Shown here in pieces: positions 9,344 to 18,556 of a stretch of 61,318 bases of DNA; the first letter of the stretch is position 1, and each line of letters begins with the position of its first letter. The notes beneath the pieces were generated by a model. That model ran no database searches. It saw only the letters and a list, made by a program, of their open reading frames with translations, and was not told the origin of the DNA. The stretch comes from a virus (lineage: Duplodnaviria; Caudoviricetes): positions 1 to 61,318 of IMG/VR virus record IMGVR_UViG_3300047510_001990; one strand, given 5' to 3'. The position numbers and the translations under genes were made by a program.

Positions 9344-12300
9344 CTATCTAAAAATGGCCACAAACACGCCAGGAAGGTCGAAATAGTCCGTTGAGCTTGA
9401 CAGCCCGCTTGTTCTGATGCGGATTGAGGTTGTTGCTCTTGAGCCGTTGTAAACAGAAACGCAACGAACGTGCCCAGGAAACGACGCATCGGCTTCTGCG
9501 GTTGCCGCGACTGCATAATTTACGTCTGCCATGGCATTGGTGAAATTTACCGTGTAATCGCCAACACCATTATCTGTAATGCTGCTCACGTTATAGCTGG
9601 CATTGATCGCAACGGTACCTGTTCCATTAAAACTTACCCATGCTTTTGCCGCGCCGGTGGCTGTCGCTTGCGTCGTACCGTCTGGAAATTTGACACCGCC
9701 AGAGGTCGATTCGATGGTACCCGCGACAGTGAGTTTTTGACCTGGGCTGGCGGTGCCGATGCCGACGTTGCCTGCGGTATCAATCCGCATCCGTTCCGAC
9801 GTTGCTGTGTAAAACGTCAGCGGCAGATTGGTGCCCGTTCCAAGCGCACCAGTCAAAATTCTGGCTTCGGCGCTTGTAACACCAACCGACAAATAGCTTG
9901 AATTGTCTGGCGTTGACGAGTTGTGGGTAACGTAAAAAGCTTGCGTCGCGGTGCCGTTGGGCAAAGCCGGGATCGCGGTAAGATTGTTTGCCGTAGAACT
10001 CTGAAACGACAGCCTGTTAGCTGACGTAGCATTGCTAAAGTCGCCAGTAATACGGTTGCCTGTGCCCGAGAACGCAATGTTTCCGCTCGGCGCAATCGAG
10101 GCCAGCGTAACCGTGCCGGTCAAAGTCGGGCTGGCCGACAACACCACGTTTCCGCTACCCGTACTGGCGGTGACGCCTGTGCCTCCGTTGGCAACCGGCA
10201 GCGTGCCGGATACATGCGTGGTGAGGCCGATCTTGCCCCACGAAGGCGCCGCGCCTGCGCCGCCTGAAATCAGGGCATTGCCGGTGGCCACGGCAATCAA
10301 CTTGGACAGCGCGTTGCTGGCAGAAGCATAAAGAATGTCGCCAATGGTGTAGCTTGTTTGGCCCGTTCCGCCGTATGCGGCTGCAATTGCAGTTGCATTC
10401 CAGGTTCCGGTTGCGACGGTTCCAAGGGTGGTTACGCTGGCCGAACCTGCCGCTGGTGCGTAGGCCGTCGAAGCAGTGTAGGCCGCGCTTCCCAGCGTCC
10501 CACCGCCGCCGATGTTAAGCGTCGATCCATCGGTTCCTGCCAGAGTCAGGTTGTTGCTCACCACGAGCGTTTTGCTGGTGGTGCCGCCTGCAATCTGAAA
10601 GCCGGTAGCATTGGCCGTTGGCGTGACTCCGTTATAGCTTTTTCCAGTCAGCGCGCTTGGAATGTCGCCATCAACGATGGCATTCCAGCCTGGGGCAGCC
10701 GACACCGTTCCGGTGCCGGTTTGGGTCAGGAACCGCTTGCTGGTGGTGGTATTGCCGGCAAGTCGGTTGTTGCTGTTTGCGCCGTCGCCATAAATCAGGT
10801 CGCCCAAGGTCGTGACCGGAGACAGGGCGTTGAAGCCTGCCGCCTTGCTGGTCGCGCCTGTCCCGCCATAAGAAACACCAATTGCACTGCCTGTCCATGT
10901 GCCGGCAGTGATGGTGCCAACCGTGGCAATGCTGGCAGATCCGGCAGCCGGGGCGTAGGCCGTACTGGCGGTGTATGCCGCACTGCCGAGCGTGCCGCCT
11001 GCCCCTACGTTTAGAGTCGATCCATCCGTGCCTGCCAGCGTCAGCGTGTTGCTCATTGTCAGCGTTTTGCTGGTCGTCCCACCCGCAATGGTGAAGCCGG
11101 TGGCGGCCGCAGTTAACGTCAGACCGTTGTAGGTTTTTCCTGTTAGCGCGGTGGGAATATCGGGATCAGTTAGCGTGTCCCAGGCCGGGGCGGCTGATAC
11201 TGTGCCGGTGCCGGTTTGACGAAAAAATCTGCGCGTGGTGCTTGTGTTGCCAGCCAGCCGCACGTTGTCGGTTCCGTTGTGGTAAATCACGTCACCGAGC
11301 GTTGTCAGCGGCGACAGCGCATCAAAAGCAGCAAGCGCCGTGGTCGCGCCGGTTCCGCCCTTGGCAATGCTGATCGTGGTCGCATTCCAGGTGCCGGTCG
11401 CTACCGTGCCAAGCGTGGTGATGTTGGCCGACCCCGCCCATGTGGAAAGCGCAGTGTTTTCCACGTTGCCCAAGCCCAAATCCGATTTGCTCACCGCGCT
11501 CCAAGCGGGGGCGGCGCCATTGGTGCCGGTGCCGGTCTGCGACAGGAATTGCTTTGTCGTCGTGACATTGGGTGACAACAGCGTGGTGGTGTCGGTGTTT
11601 GATTGGTAGCCAATGGCCCCGAGCAAGGTTGTGTTGTTGCCGCCGACGAGATTTGTGGCTTTGGTGGCGGTAGTGGCCGTGGTTGCCGAGCCGGCCGAAC
11701 CGTCGATGCTGACCCCTGTAAGGGTCAGCGAAGCCGAAGCACGGTTGAGCGCCAACGCGGTTGTGCCGACATACATGGTTTGATTATTCAAAGCCACGGT
11801 GCCGCTTGAGCTGGGCAAAGTAATGGTTGTGCCATCGGTGCCAGCCAGGGTGATGCTGTTACCAACCGTGAGAGTTTTGCTGGTCGTGCCGCCCGCCACA
11901 GAAAAGCCAGTGGCATTAGAAGTCAGGGTCAGTCCGTTGTAAGTCTTGCTCGTTAAAACCGAAGGAAGGTCACCATCAAGAATGGCGGAGGCCGACCATG
12001 TATCAACTCCTTCTCGGCGCACAAAGCCGGTGGTTGAAATGCTTTCCACGGCCGCCAAGTCGTTGGCCAGAGCAAACGTCGGGTTACCGGATACCCCATC
12101 ACCATTGGTGATCGTAAAGCCCGCAGCCGGGGCCGTAAGCGCGCGCACGGACACGGTGCCCGCGCCTGTACGAGCAATAATGCCGTTGGCACTTAGCGCG
12201 GCAATAGCGGTCAGATCAGAGTCAAGAGGCTGATAGCCGGAGGTCAGGTCGGAAGTCAGCGCAATTGTTCCGCTGGCGTTAGGAACGGTCAGAGTGCGGG

Positions 12301-12838
12301 TGGTGCCGGTCGATACACCAGACACCTCAAACGCGAGTTTCTTTGTGCTGTCTGCGTTATCAGAGATGGTGGTGGTCGAATCCACCCCGGCGATGGTCAC
12401 GCCAGAAATAGTGCCCCCGGTAATTGCCACAGAATCCGCGTTCTGCGTGGCAATTGTGCCAAGTCCAAGATTGGTGCGCGCTGTTGCGGGGGTTGTTACG
12501 TCGGAAAGATTATTGTCTTTTTGGAGCATGAGCTGCGCCGATGCGGCAGTCATGCGGTTTTCGACGTAGCAAGTGGTGATGCCATTTCGCGATCGTGCTG
12601 TTGTGCCGTCTTGCGCGCGAACAATTGTCCAGGCGTTTCCGCTGGTTGCGGTGACCTTAACAATTTCAATGTTGATTTCCTCGTGCGAGGAAACCTCATA
12701 CATCGTTGCATAAAAATAATCACCGGCAGCCGGTACGGGAAAATCTGATCCGTTGTCTACGGTAATCGTCGTTTGCGAATTGTTGATCGAGCCGGAGAGG
12801 GTCGTGCTTGCGTTGTTTTTGAATTGTAAGGTTGGCAT
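9344..12838 (-). CDS. Long tail fibre protein with internal ~165-aa repeats, 1164 aa
   Basis: NNASTTL...EIVKVTA...RAQDGT anchor, G/T/S/A-rich GGTG repeats, C-terminal AKAWVSFNG..NVSSITDNGVGDY domain. Confidence 0.85.
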   Translation of the reverse strand: MPTLQFKNNASTTLSGSINNSQTTITVDNGSDFPVPAAGDYFYATMYEVSSHEEINIEIVKVTATSGNAWTIVRAQDGTTARSRNGITTCYVENRMTAASAQLMLQKDNNLSDVTTPATARTNLGLGTIATQNADSVAITGGTISGVTIAGVDSTTTISDNADSTKKLAFEVSGVSTGTTRTLTVPNASGTIALTSDLTSGYQPLDSDLTAIAALSANGIIARTGAGTVSVRALTAPAAGFTITNGDGVSGNPTFALANDLAAVESISTTGFVRREGVDTWSASAILDGDLPSVLTSKTYNGLTLTSNATGFSVAGGTTSKTLTVGNSITLAGTDGTTITLPSSSGTVALNNQTMYVGTTALALNRASASLTLTGVSIDGSAGSATTATTATKATNLVGGNNTTLLGAIGYQSNTDTTTLLSPNVTTTKQFLSQTGTGTNGAAPAWSAVSKSDLGLGNVENTALSTWAGSANITTLGTVATGTWNATTISIAKGGTGATTALAAFDALSPLTTLGDVIYHNGTDNVRLAGNTSTTRRFFRQTGTGTVSAAPAWDTLTDPDIPTALTGKTYNGLTLTAAATGFTIAGGTTSKTLTMSNTLTLAGTDGSTLNVGAGGTLGSAAYTASTAYAPAAGSASIATVGTITAGTWTGSAIGVSYGGTGATSKAAGFNALSPVTTLGDLIYGDGANSNNRLAGNTTTSKRFLTQTGTGTVSAAPGWNAIVDGDIPSALTGKSYNGVTPTANATGFQIAGGTTSKTLVVSNNLTLAGTDGSTLNIGGGGTLGSAAYTASTAYAPAAGSASVTTLGTVATGTWNATAIAAAYGGTGQTSYTIGDILYASASNALSKLIAVATGNALISGGAGAAPSWGKIGLTTHVSGTLPVANGGTGVTASTGSGNVVLSASPTLTGTVTLASIAPSGNIAFSGTGNRITGDFSNATSANRLSFQSSTANNLTAIPALPNGTATQAFYVTHNSSTPDNSSYLSVGVTSAEARILTGALGTGTNLPLTFYTATSERMRIDTAGNVGIGTASPGQKLTVAGTIESTSGGVKFPDGTTQATATGAAKAWVSFNGTGTVAINASYNVSSITDNGVGDYTVNFTNAMADVNYAVAATAEADASFPGHVRCVSVYNGSRATTSIRIRTSGLSSSTDYFDLPGVFVAIFR

Positions 12839-12839
12839 G

Positions 12840-13148
12840 TCACTCGTCCTTTACTCGAACCACAAATTCAACTTGCTTGATCCGGCCGGCGTTCGACGTG
12901 ACCGTGAGTGTGATTTTGTATTTCACTCCGTTGGCGCCGCCCGAAAGCCATTGTTTGACTTTTTTTCCGTTCAAAACAAAAGTTGGGCCTAATGTCATGC
13001 CAGTAGGCGAAACCGAAACACTTAGCGGTGACGGGACGGGCGGGTTTCCGGTCGTGACCAAAGTATCGCCATCCGAAAGAAACTCTGAAAAATCGATGTC
13101 ATAGTCCAGATTTTCGGCGGGCTGTTTGTAGAATCTTCCGAGAATCAT
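12840..13148 (-). CDS. Fibre-tail adaptor-like virion protein, 102 aa
   Basis: KQPAENLDYDIDF...WLSGG..G..Y pattern. Confidence 0.65.
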   Translation of the reverse strand: MILGRFYKQPAENLDYDIDFSEFLSDGDTLVTTGNPPVPSPLSVSVSPTGMTLGPTFVLNGKKVKQWLSGGANGVKYKITLTVTSNAGRIKQVEFVVRVKDE

Positions 13149-14083
13149 TCCGTTACCTCCATGCTCCGGCCGCTGCCCTGCACAGTCATCAATCGTTCAG
13201 CCGGCGCTGGCATGGCCGTCCCATAATCTGCCGCTGCCGAGGACGTGATAGCCTGACCCATTGCTTCTGCCGACACTTTAATTTGTAAGCGAATTGTTGC
13301 ATTGGCAACGGAATTCGCTGTCGTAGAAGCGGCAAAAGAAATTCCTCGGTTTGCCTCAATTGAGTTGCATATTGCAGTTGCGGGTTGAACGTTCGGGTAG
13401 CGCAGCAATTTGATAAGCGCAGAAAATTCTCCGGATGCACTGGCCAAAGTCGATGCTCCGCGCAACGCCGATATTCTGGATGCTGCGGTTGCAACAACGG
13501 ATCCGGAGGTAATGCCGCCGCTGGCATTGCGCATGACAATTCCGGCTTGAGCCGTTGCCTGCGCCCTTTGCTCTATATAGGCAGCGAGCTTTCGTTCCGA
13601 ATTGGACAGGCAAGAGGCGGCAGCGGTTGTCGTTGCGCCGCGCGGCACATACGTTTGCCCAGATACATCTGAATTGGCAACTGAAATAACGCTGGCCGAG
13701 TTTTTGGCGGAAACGTAGCTATTGACCGTAAAATACGCCGCTTGGGCCTGCGTTTCGGCGGATTCTCTTAAAGCAATGCCGACTCCCGCGCTCGTTGTTG
13801 CAGTTGAAGCTGTTTGCCCTGCAACCCCAATTTTGGTCAAAGCAGTTGAAAGACAGGTTGCGCTGACTCCCTGAGTTGCCGACAACAAGGCCCGTTTGGT
13901 GGTGCTTGCAGAACCGCTTGCCGATGGCCGAGTGCTGGCCCCTCCAGTCAGGCGTACCGTAAAAGATGGTATCTGACAGGTGACTTCAACGGTGCCTAGC
14001 AGTTCAATAAGCGAAAGCCCTGTTTCCGCACCTGGGAACGGGGTTTCGTTGATCGCGCCTGTGTTTAGTGCATAGCTCGTCAT
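13145..14083 (-). CDS. Ala/Thr/Ser-rich virion structural protein, 312 aa
   Basis: Coupled ORF within the tail operon. Confidence 0.6.
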   Translation of the reverse strand: MTSYALNTGAINETPFPGAETGLSLIELLGTVEVTCQIPSFTVRLTGGASTRPSASGSASTTKRALLSATQGVSATCLSTALTKIGVAGQTASTATTSAGVGIALRESAETQAQAAYFTVNSYVSAKNSASVISVANSDVSGQTYVPRGATTTAAASCLSNSERKLAAYIEQRAQATAQAGIVMRNASGGITSGSVVATAASRISALRGASTLASASGEFSALIKLLRYPNVQPATAICNSIEANRGISFAASTTANSVANATIRLQIKVSAEAMGQAITSSAAADYGTAMPAPAERLMTVQGSGRSMEVTE

Positions 14084-14511
14084 TTGATTGTGATTTGAAT
14101 ACTTCCCTCGGGAATGACAACGCTATCCCCGGTCACAATCAGGCGCGACGAGCCTAAGGCGCCGGAATACAAAATGTTTCCATCGCCGGGTGTGGCGCTG
14201 TCCCAGATAGACCAATGCGTGATCGTTTGCCCGCCAGGGCCGGTAGATGCTGGAAACACCACAGACGAGCCGTTGGTGACACGAATATCAACGTCGCCAC
14301 TTCCTGTTTCCGCCAGCGGCTGCGCGGTCAGGCTGTTGAGCGTTTGGCGAGCGTATGCGCCAAACGTGGCCTCGTGGCCGTAAGTCGAATCACTTGGCGC
14401 GGCGGTATGCAGGCCAAGCCACAGCCCTGCCGGCGGAGTGTATGACGCCCTCACCGGGTTCAGTGACATATTGAACAGCGACAGGGCAAGGTGCTTGGAC
14501 AGGCCCGACAT
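14080..14511 (-). CDS. Virion/tail structural protein (paralog of 14514..14942)
   Basis: WLGLHTAAP..EAT..YAR...FPAST...THW...GDSVVIP. Confidence 0.7.
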   Translation of the reverse strand: MSGLSKHLALSLFNMSLNPVRASYTPPAGLWLGLHTAAPSDSTYGHEATFGAYARQTLNSLTAQPLAETGSGDVDIRVTNGSSVVFPASTGPGGQTITHWSIWDSATPGDGNILYSGALGSSRLIVTGDSVVIPEGSIQITIK

Positions 14512-14513
14512 GA

Positions 14514-14942
14514 TTAGGTCAGATCGATAATCAATTGGCCGGTCGGGATTACCACCACGTCACCAGATTGCACGCTACGGCTGGTTGAGAGCGGTCCGGA
14601 AAACATCAGGTAGGCGCTAGTGCCAAGGCTTTGGTCTGAGTAAATTGCCCAATGCGTCACAGTCTGCGTTGCGCCGGTTGAAGCCGGAAAGTTAATGTCG
14701 CCGGTGTTGGTGGCGCGAATCGTTTGTTCAGGGGCCGATCCGGTTGTGCTGGAAGTCATCAGCGCGGCGATATTGACGCGGCCGTAGCCAGAGTAGGTTG
14801 CCTCGTTTCCGCCGCTATTGTCGTCAGGGGCAGCGGTATGCAGGCTCATCCAGACCCCCGGCTTTGCCGACAGGCTGGTGCGGGTTGAGGCCAGAGTGGC
14901 ATCAAAGATAGATTGCGCAAGGGCTTTGGAAAATCCGGGCAT
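14514..14942 (-). CDS. Virion/tail structural protein (paralog of 14080..14511)
   Basis: WMSLHTAAP..EAT..YGR...FPAST...THW...GDVVVIP; AGGAG SD. Confidence 0.7.
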   Translation of the reverse strand: MPGFSKALAQSIFDATLASTRTSLSAKPGVWMSLHTAAPDDNSGGNEATYSGYGRVNIAALMTSSTTGSAPEQTIRATNTGDINFPASTGATQTVTHWAIYSDQSLGTSAYLMFSGPLSTSRSVQSGDVVVIPTGQLIIDLT

Positions 14943-14954
14943 GGTGTCTTACTC

Positions 14955-15626
14955 CTATTGCGAAAGGTTGCTTGGGTTAGCGGGGGCTTGCACGTTGGGG
15001 TTGGCCCCCACTTCGACACGCGCTTTGCCGGTTAGGGCTGCGATGAAAGCGTTGAAATACGCGGTTGAACGCGATTGATCGGCAAACTCGGTGTCCTTGG
15101 CAAAAGCGCGGTACAGCATGTAGTCAAGCAATACGGTCTGATAGACGTTATCGACTGCGATTGCGCCGCCAAGCGAGGTGTCAGGCGGTTCGGCGCCATA
15201 CGACATTTCGACGTATCCAGTGCCCGTGTTTGGCGGATAGACGTAGAAGGTCTTGGGGTCGAGCATCGTATAGACGTAGTGCTGCACCTCGGAAGAAGCG
15301 GTCGAGCCGTGCCAGTTGGGGACGCGGGAATCGAGCATTTCCTGTTGTGCAATTCGAACAGCGCGGCCCGGTGTCGTGCCGTTGGTACCCATGTTGCGCA
15401 CCACATTCATAAGCTGAATGCCATCGACCGGAAGCGTTTGCTTGGTTCCCTGCGCCATCAACACCGCAATGTTTTTGACGTAGGCATTAGGCTTGTAAAT
15501 GGCGATGGTGCGCTGCCCGTCGTTGAGCCACCCAAGAAGCTCGGCGTCCGGCCAGCGCACGCCGGTTGAGTCCTGCAACACGGTTTGCGCTTTGTCGATT
15601 ACTGAGGCGGTTGATATGGTTCCCAT
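14955..15626 (-). CDS. Head-tail adaptor (DUF6682-like), 223 aa
   Basis: LQDSTGVRWPDAELLGWLNDGQR and LLDYMLYRAFAKD; start trimmed to MGTIST. Confidence 0.7.
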   Translation of the reverse strand: MGTISTASVIDKAQTVLQDSTGVRWPDAELLGWLNDGQRTIAIYKPNAYVKNIAVLMAQGTKQTLPVDGIQLMNVVRNMGTNGTTPGRAVRIAQQEMLDSRVPNWHGSTASSEVQHYVYTMLDPKTFYVYPPNTGTGYVEMSYGAEPPDTSLGGAIAVDNVYQTVLLDYMLYRAFAKDTEFADQSRSTAYFNAFIAALTGKARVEVGANPNVQAPANPSNLSQ

Positions 15627-15633
15627 AATCGCC

Positions 15634-16272
15634 TCAATGGTGGGAAGTGGTGCGCAATTCGGCGCGCGACAAAGCGCGCAACCCACTGGCGCGAGCGTTG
15701 GCAATGGCCGCGTCGAACTGTTTGCGGCGATCGGCCCCGTTGGCAAGGTCTGTCCAGGGTTTTCCCGGCATCAGCATCAGTCGATACAGCGCGCCAGCGG
15801 TAATGTCCTCAATGTGGCGGCTCCATATCCAGCCGGGGAAGCCTGTCGCACTCTGGGAAGGTTCGAGCGCGAGCGTCATCGTTAGGCCGTTGGTGATATT
15901 TACGTCGGGAACAGAGGCCAGAATGATCTGGTCGGTATCAACCTGCGTGAAATACTTTGGCGTGGCACGGGTGGTGCGCCACCCCGGCAACTCACGGTCT
16001 AGCCATTCCAGCGATTTGTTGGTAATGGGCACGCCGTTACACGCTACATCCATAACAGCCGCGACCTCGGTGCCGGTGTCTGGCTCAAGGTCATAAAAGG
16101 CTTCCCCGGCAACAACATCCTGCGGGTCTGGCAGGTACTTCCACACCCATGACTGGCAGCAAAACTCAATCACTGCACGCTTGATCGCGTTTTCCGTGAC
16201 GGGGTTGGACGGGTCTGCCGACAGGAAAGGCAAAACCTCGTCCAGCAAGTCGGAATACTTGATCGTTGCCAC
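15634..16272 (-). CDS. Putative adaptor/tail connector protein, 212 aa
   Basis: AIKRAVIEFCCQSWVW, GALYRLMLMPGKPW; position after capsid genes. Confidence 0.65.
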   Translation of the reverse strand: MATIKYSDLLDEVLPFLSADPSNPVTENAIKRAVIEFCCQSWVWKYLPDPQDVVAGEAFYDLEPDTGTEVAAVMDVACNGVPITNKSLEWLDRELPGWRTTRATPKYFTQVDTDQIILASVPDVNITNGLTMTLALEPSQSATGFPGWIWSRHIEDITAGALYRLMLMPGKPWTDLANGADRRKQFDAAIANARASGLRALSRAELRTTSHH

Positions 16273-16309
16273 AGTGACAAGCCTCTGCGGGTGCTATTGG
16301 GGTCAGCTC

Positions 16310-16336
16310 ATTATCGGAGCGTTTTTGCTATTCGAC
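16310..16336 (-). promoter_or_regulatory. Putative late promoter GTCGAAT-N14-GATAAT
   Basis: Same motif and spacing, intergenic, upstream of the tail operon. Confidence 0.7.
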
Positions 16337-16338
16337 CT

Positions 16339-16749
16339 TCACAGACTCAGTTGTTTTAATTCCAAGTCGCGCTCCCATTCCTCGATCTGATCGATCATTG
16401 CTTTGGTCGATTTTCGTGCATCAAGCTCTTGGCCCCATTTGTTTTGCGCCAACGCTTTTAATTCGGCTTTGCTCATTTTTTCCAGCGGCTTTTTTAAGGC
16501 TTGCGGGTCGATGGCAACGTCGTCGCCGTCCTCGTCTTGCACGCTGATGGAAACCGGGGCTTCAACGGCTTGTTGATCGGCACTGTTGGCCAGCGCCCAC
16601 TGATCCGGGTATTTCAGAAGCAGCTTGGCTTGCGCATCCGTGACTTCTTTTACGTCGCCAAAGCCGTTCCAAGTCACGCCCGAGCGCGCAATGTTGTCGT
16701 AGGCCGTTTGTTTTTTGCCGACGTAGCGCAACGCAATCAGCTTAATCAT
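16339..16749 (-). CDS. Hypothetical protein in head module with C-terminal helix-extension-helix-like tail, 136 aa
   Basis: GGAG SD; LEKMSKAELKALA...K..MI. Confidence 0.7.
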   Translation of the reverse strand: MIKLIALRYVGKKQTAYDNIARSGVTWNGFGDVKEVTDAQAKLLLKYPDQWALANSADQQAVEAPVSISVQDEDGDDVAIDPQALKKPLEKMSKAELKALAQNKWGQELDARKSTKAMIDQIEEWERDLELKQLSL

Positions 16750-16761
16750 CTGGTTTTCTCC

Positions 16762-16790
16762 AAAAAAACGGGGCGACCGGAGCCGCCCCG
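16762..16790 (-). terminator. Intrinsic terminator after the capsid-decoration gene
   Basis: CGGGGCG/CGCCCCG stem followed by T7 on minus strand. Confidence 0.75.
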
Positions 16791-16817
16791 AAACTTACTC
16801 ACCCAGGAGCACAGCTA

Positions 16818-17222
16818 TTACTTGCCCTTAAACTCAAACGTGGTCATCACGTTGAGAGCGCCGGTAGAGGCGGCGCCGCCAACGGTAGCAATGATGTAAG
16901 CGTCGTAGGCCAGGGTTACAGGAGCAAACAGATGGCTGGAAGTGCCGGCCGGGTCGGTGTCGATCGCCGTAGCAAAAGCGGTGGCAGAGCCGCCGGCTTC
17001 GCCATTGACGTATTCAAAACCAACATCCAGCGTGGTGCCGGTTCCCATGTCGGCAAACACGGTATCTACGCGGTAAATCTTGGAGCCGGCGTAGAGCTTG
17101 ACCAAACGAATTTTATCGGTCGTGGCTGCGGCGGCCAGGGTTGCGTAGCCGTGGGCGACCGCCAACGGGCAATCGCCGCTGTACTGCGTATCCAGCAGGG
17201 AGGGTGCGTTAATAGTTGCCAT
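16818..17222 (-). CDS. Capsid decoration/cement-like protein, 134 aa
   Basis: Beta-rich, directly downstream of major capsid gene, GGAG SD. Confidence 0.6.
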   Translation of the reverse strand: MATINAPSLLDTQYSGDCPLAVAHGYATLAAAATTDKIRLVKLYAGSKIYRVDTVFADMGTGTTLDVGFEYVNGEAGGSATAFATAIDTDPAGTSSHLFAPVTLAYDAYIIATVGGAASTGALNVMTTFEFKGK

Positions 17223-17249
17223 GTCATTTCTCCAAAATCAGTTTGAGAA

Positions 17250-17265
17250 GGGGGCTTTCGCCCCC
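17250..17265 (-). terminator. GC hairpin after major capsid gene (partial terminator/stabiliser)
   Basis: GGGGGC-GAAA-GCCCCC with weak U-tail. Confidence 0.5.
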
Positions 17266-17270
17266 ATCAA

Positions 17271-18539
17271 TTACGAGCCGAGCAGGGTGCGACCAGCAGC
17301 GGAAGCGGGATCGGGTGCATAGCTATCCACCACAGCCACGCCAAAGTCGGTGTCGGCGCCGTCGATCTTGAATCTGATCTTCGAGGAGCCGCACATGGCA
17401 GCGCACACGGTTTCAATGCTGTTTCCGTGATCCACTTCCTTCTCCGACCAGTCGTAAAAGTAGTCGGAGGCCGACTTGCCGTAAGCCTTCGCAAGCGCCT
17501 GGGCGCCCACGATAATGGCGCGGTCAATCGGTTGGGCTGCCGTCACCGTGGATTCGGTGTAGGTGCCGCCGTCAGCGCCGCCAGTGTCCTTAACGATGGA
17601 ATCGTTTGCCGCGAAACGGATGGCGTAACGGTTCATGCGCTTGATGAGCACGCCGTTCCACATAATCGTTTCGTAAGCGTCGAACAGGGGGTGCTTAACG
17701 CCGCTGGACTTGCGTTCAAAGGCGTACTGAACAGCCTGACGCCAAGTGGTTTGGCCGGTGCGGGATTGCAGGTAGAGCCACTGACGCTCGGTGACAAACA
17801 TCACCCACAGCGGGTCATTCCAAGCGCGGTCGTCGCCCTTGATCTTGACCGATTGCAGCACAACGGGCGACTCGCGCAGTTGGGCCACGATGCGGTCAAT
17901 GTCTTGCAGGGTGAGCGCGTCATTGGTGCCGATTTCTTCCGGGCTGGTTGCGTCGTTGGCGTAGAAGTGACGGTTCTTGGTCGGGGCTTTGACCGAATTG
18001 ACCATGATTGAGCCAAAGTCAGGGTCAGAATTCAGCGGAACCACCCAATCGGAGGTCTGTTGATTGCCACGGGCACCGGCCAGATGCACAAGCGCGGTTT
18101 GATCTTCAAGGCGCTGCATCCATGCCTGAAGGCCGGCCATGCTGATATTGCGCAGGTTATGCACCGTGCGCTTCTGGGTCATGCGACCGCCGGAATCCGC
18201 GCCACCGCGAACTTGGTCGATCTTCACGTCCATGCTGGAGTAGGTGAGCTGCATCATGCGGCCTTCGATGCGGGTATCACCCATCACCGGCTTGCCTTGC
18301 AGAATGTTAAACAGGTCGATACTGACGGTATCGCCCGCGCCTTTGGCCAGATCGCCAGCCTTGACGATGGGGTAGTCAGGGCTGGTTTGGCCCTTGGTCT
18401 TGGCGGCAAAAGAACCTTCTTTGGGCATTTCGCCGGCCAAAAGATTCATGAAGCCCGGAGCGTGCTGAACGCGGGTGAAAAGACCCACGGAATAGATTTT
18501 CCGCGCAAGGGCGGAGCCGACTGGCACATTGGTAGCCAT
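17271..18539 (-). CDS. Major capsid protein, N4-gp56/DUF4043 family, 422 aa
   Basis: DLAKGAGDTVSIDL, KIDQVRGG..GGRMTQKRTVHNLR, GAQALAKAYG, EVDHGN, DFGVAVVDS. Confidence 0.9.
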   Translation of the reverse strand: MATNVPVGSALARKIYSVGLFTRVQHAPGFMNLLAGEMPKEGSFAAKTKGQTSPDYPIVKAGDLAKGAGDTVSIDLFNILQGKPVMGDTRIEGRMMQLTYSSMDVKIDQVRGGADSGGRMTQKRTVHNLRNISMAGLQAWMQRLEDQTALVHLAGARGNQQTSDWVVPLNSDPDFGSIMVNSVKAPTKNRHFYANDATSPEEIGTNDALTLQDIDRIVAQLRESPVVLQSVKIKGDDRAWNDPLWVMFVTERQWLYLQSRTGQTTWRQAVQYAFERKSSGVKHPLFDAYETIMWNGVLIKRMNRYAIRFAANDSIVKDTGGADGGTYTESTVTAAQPIDRAIIVGAQALAKAYGKSASDYFYDWSEKEVDHGNSIETVCAAMCGSSKIRFKIDGADTDFGVAVVDSYAPDPASAAGRTLLGS

Positions 18540-18556
18540 TTTTTAGTCCTCGTTGG

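Noticed and set aside
10350-11990. Diversity-generating retroelement TR/VR pair
   Set aside because: Repeats are in-frame with synonymous, not adenine-specific, differences; no reverse transcriptase seen
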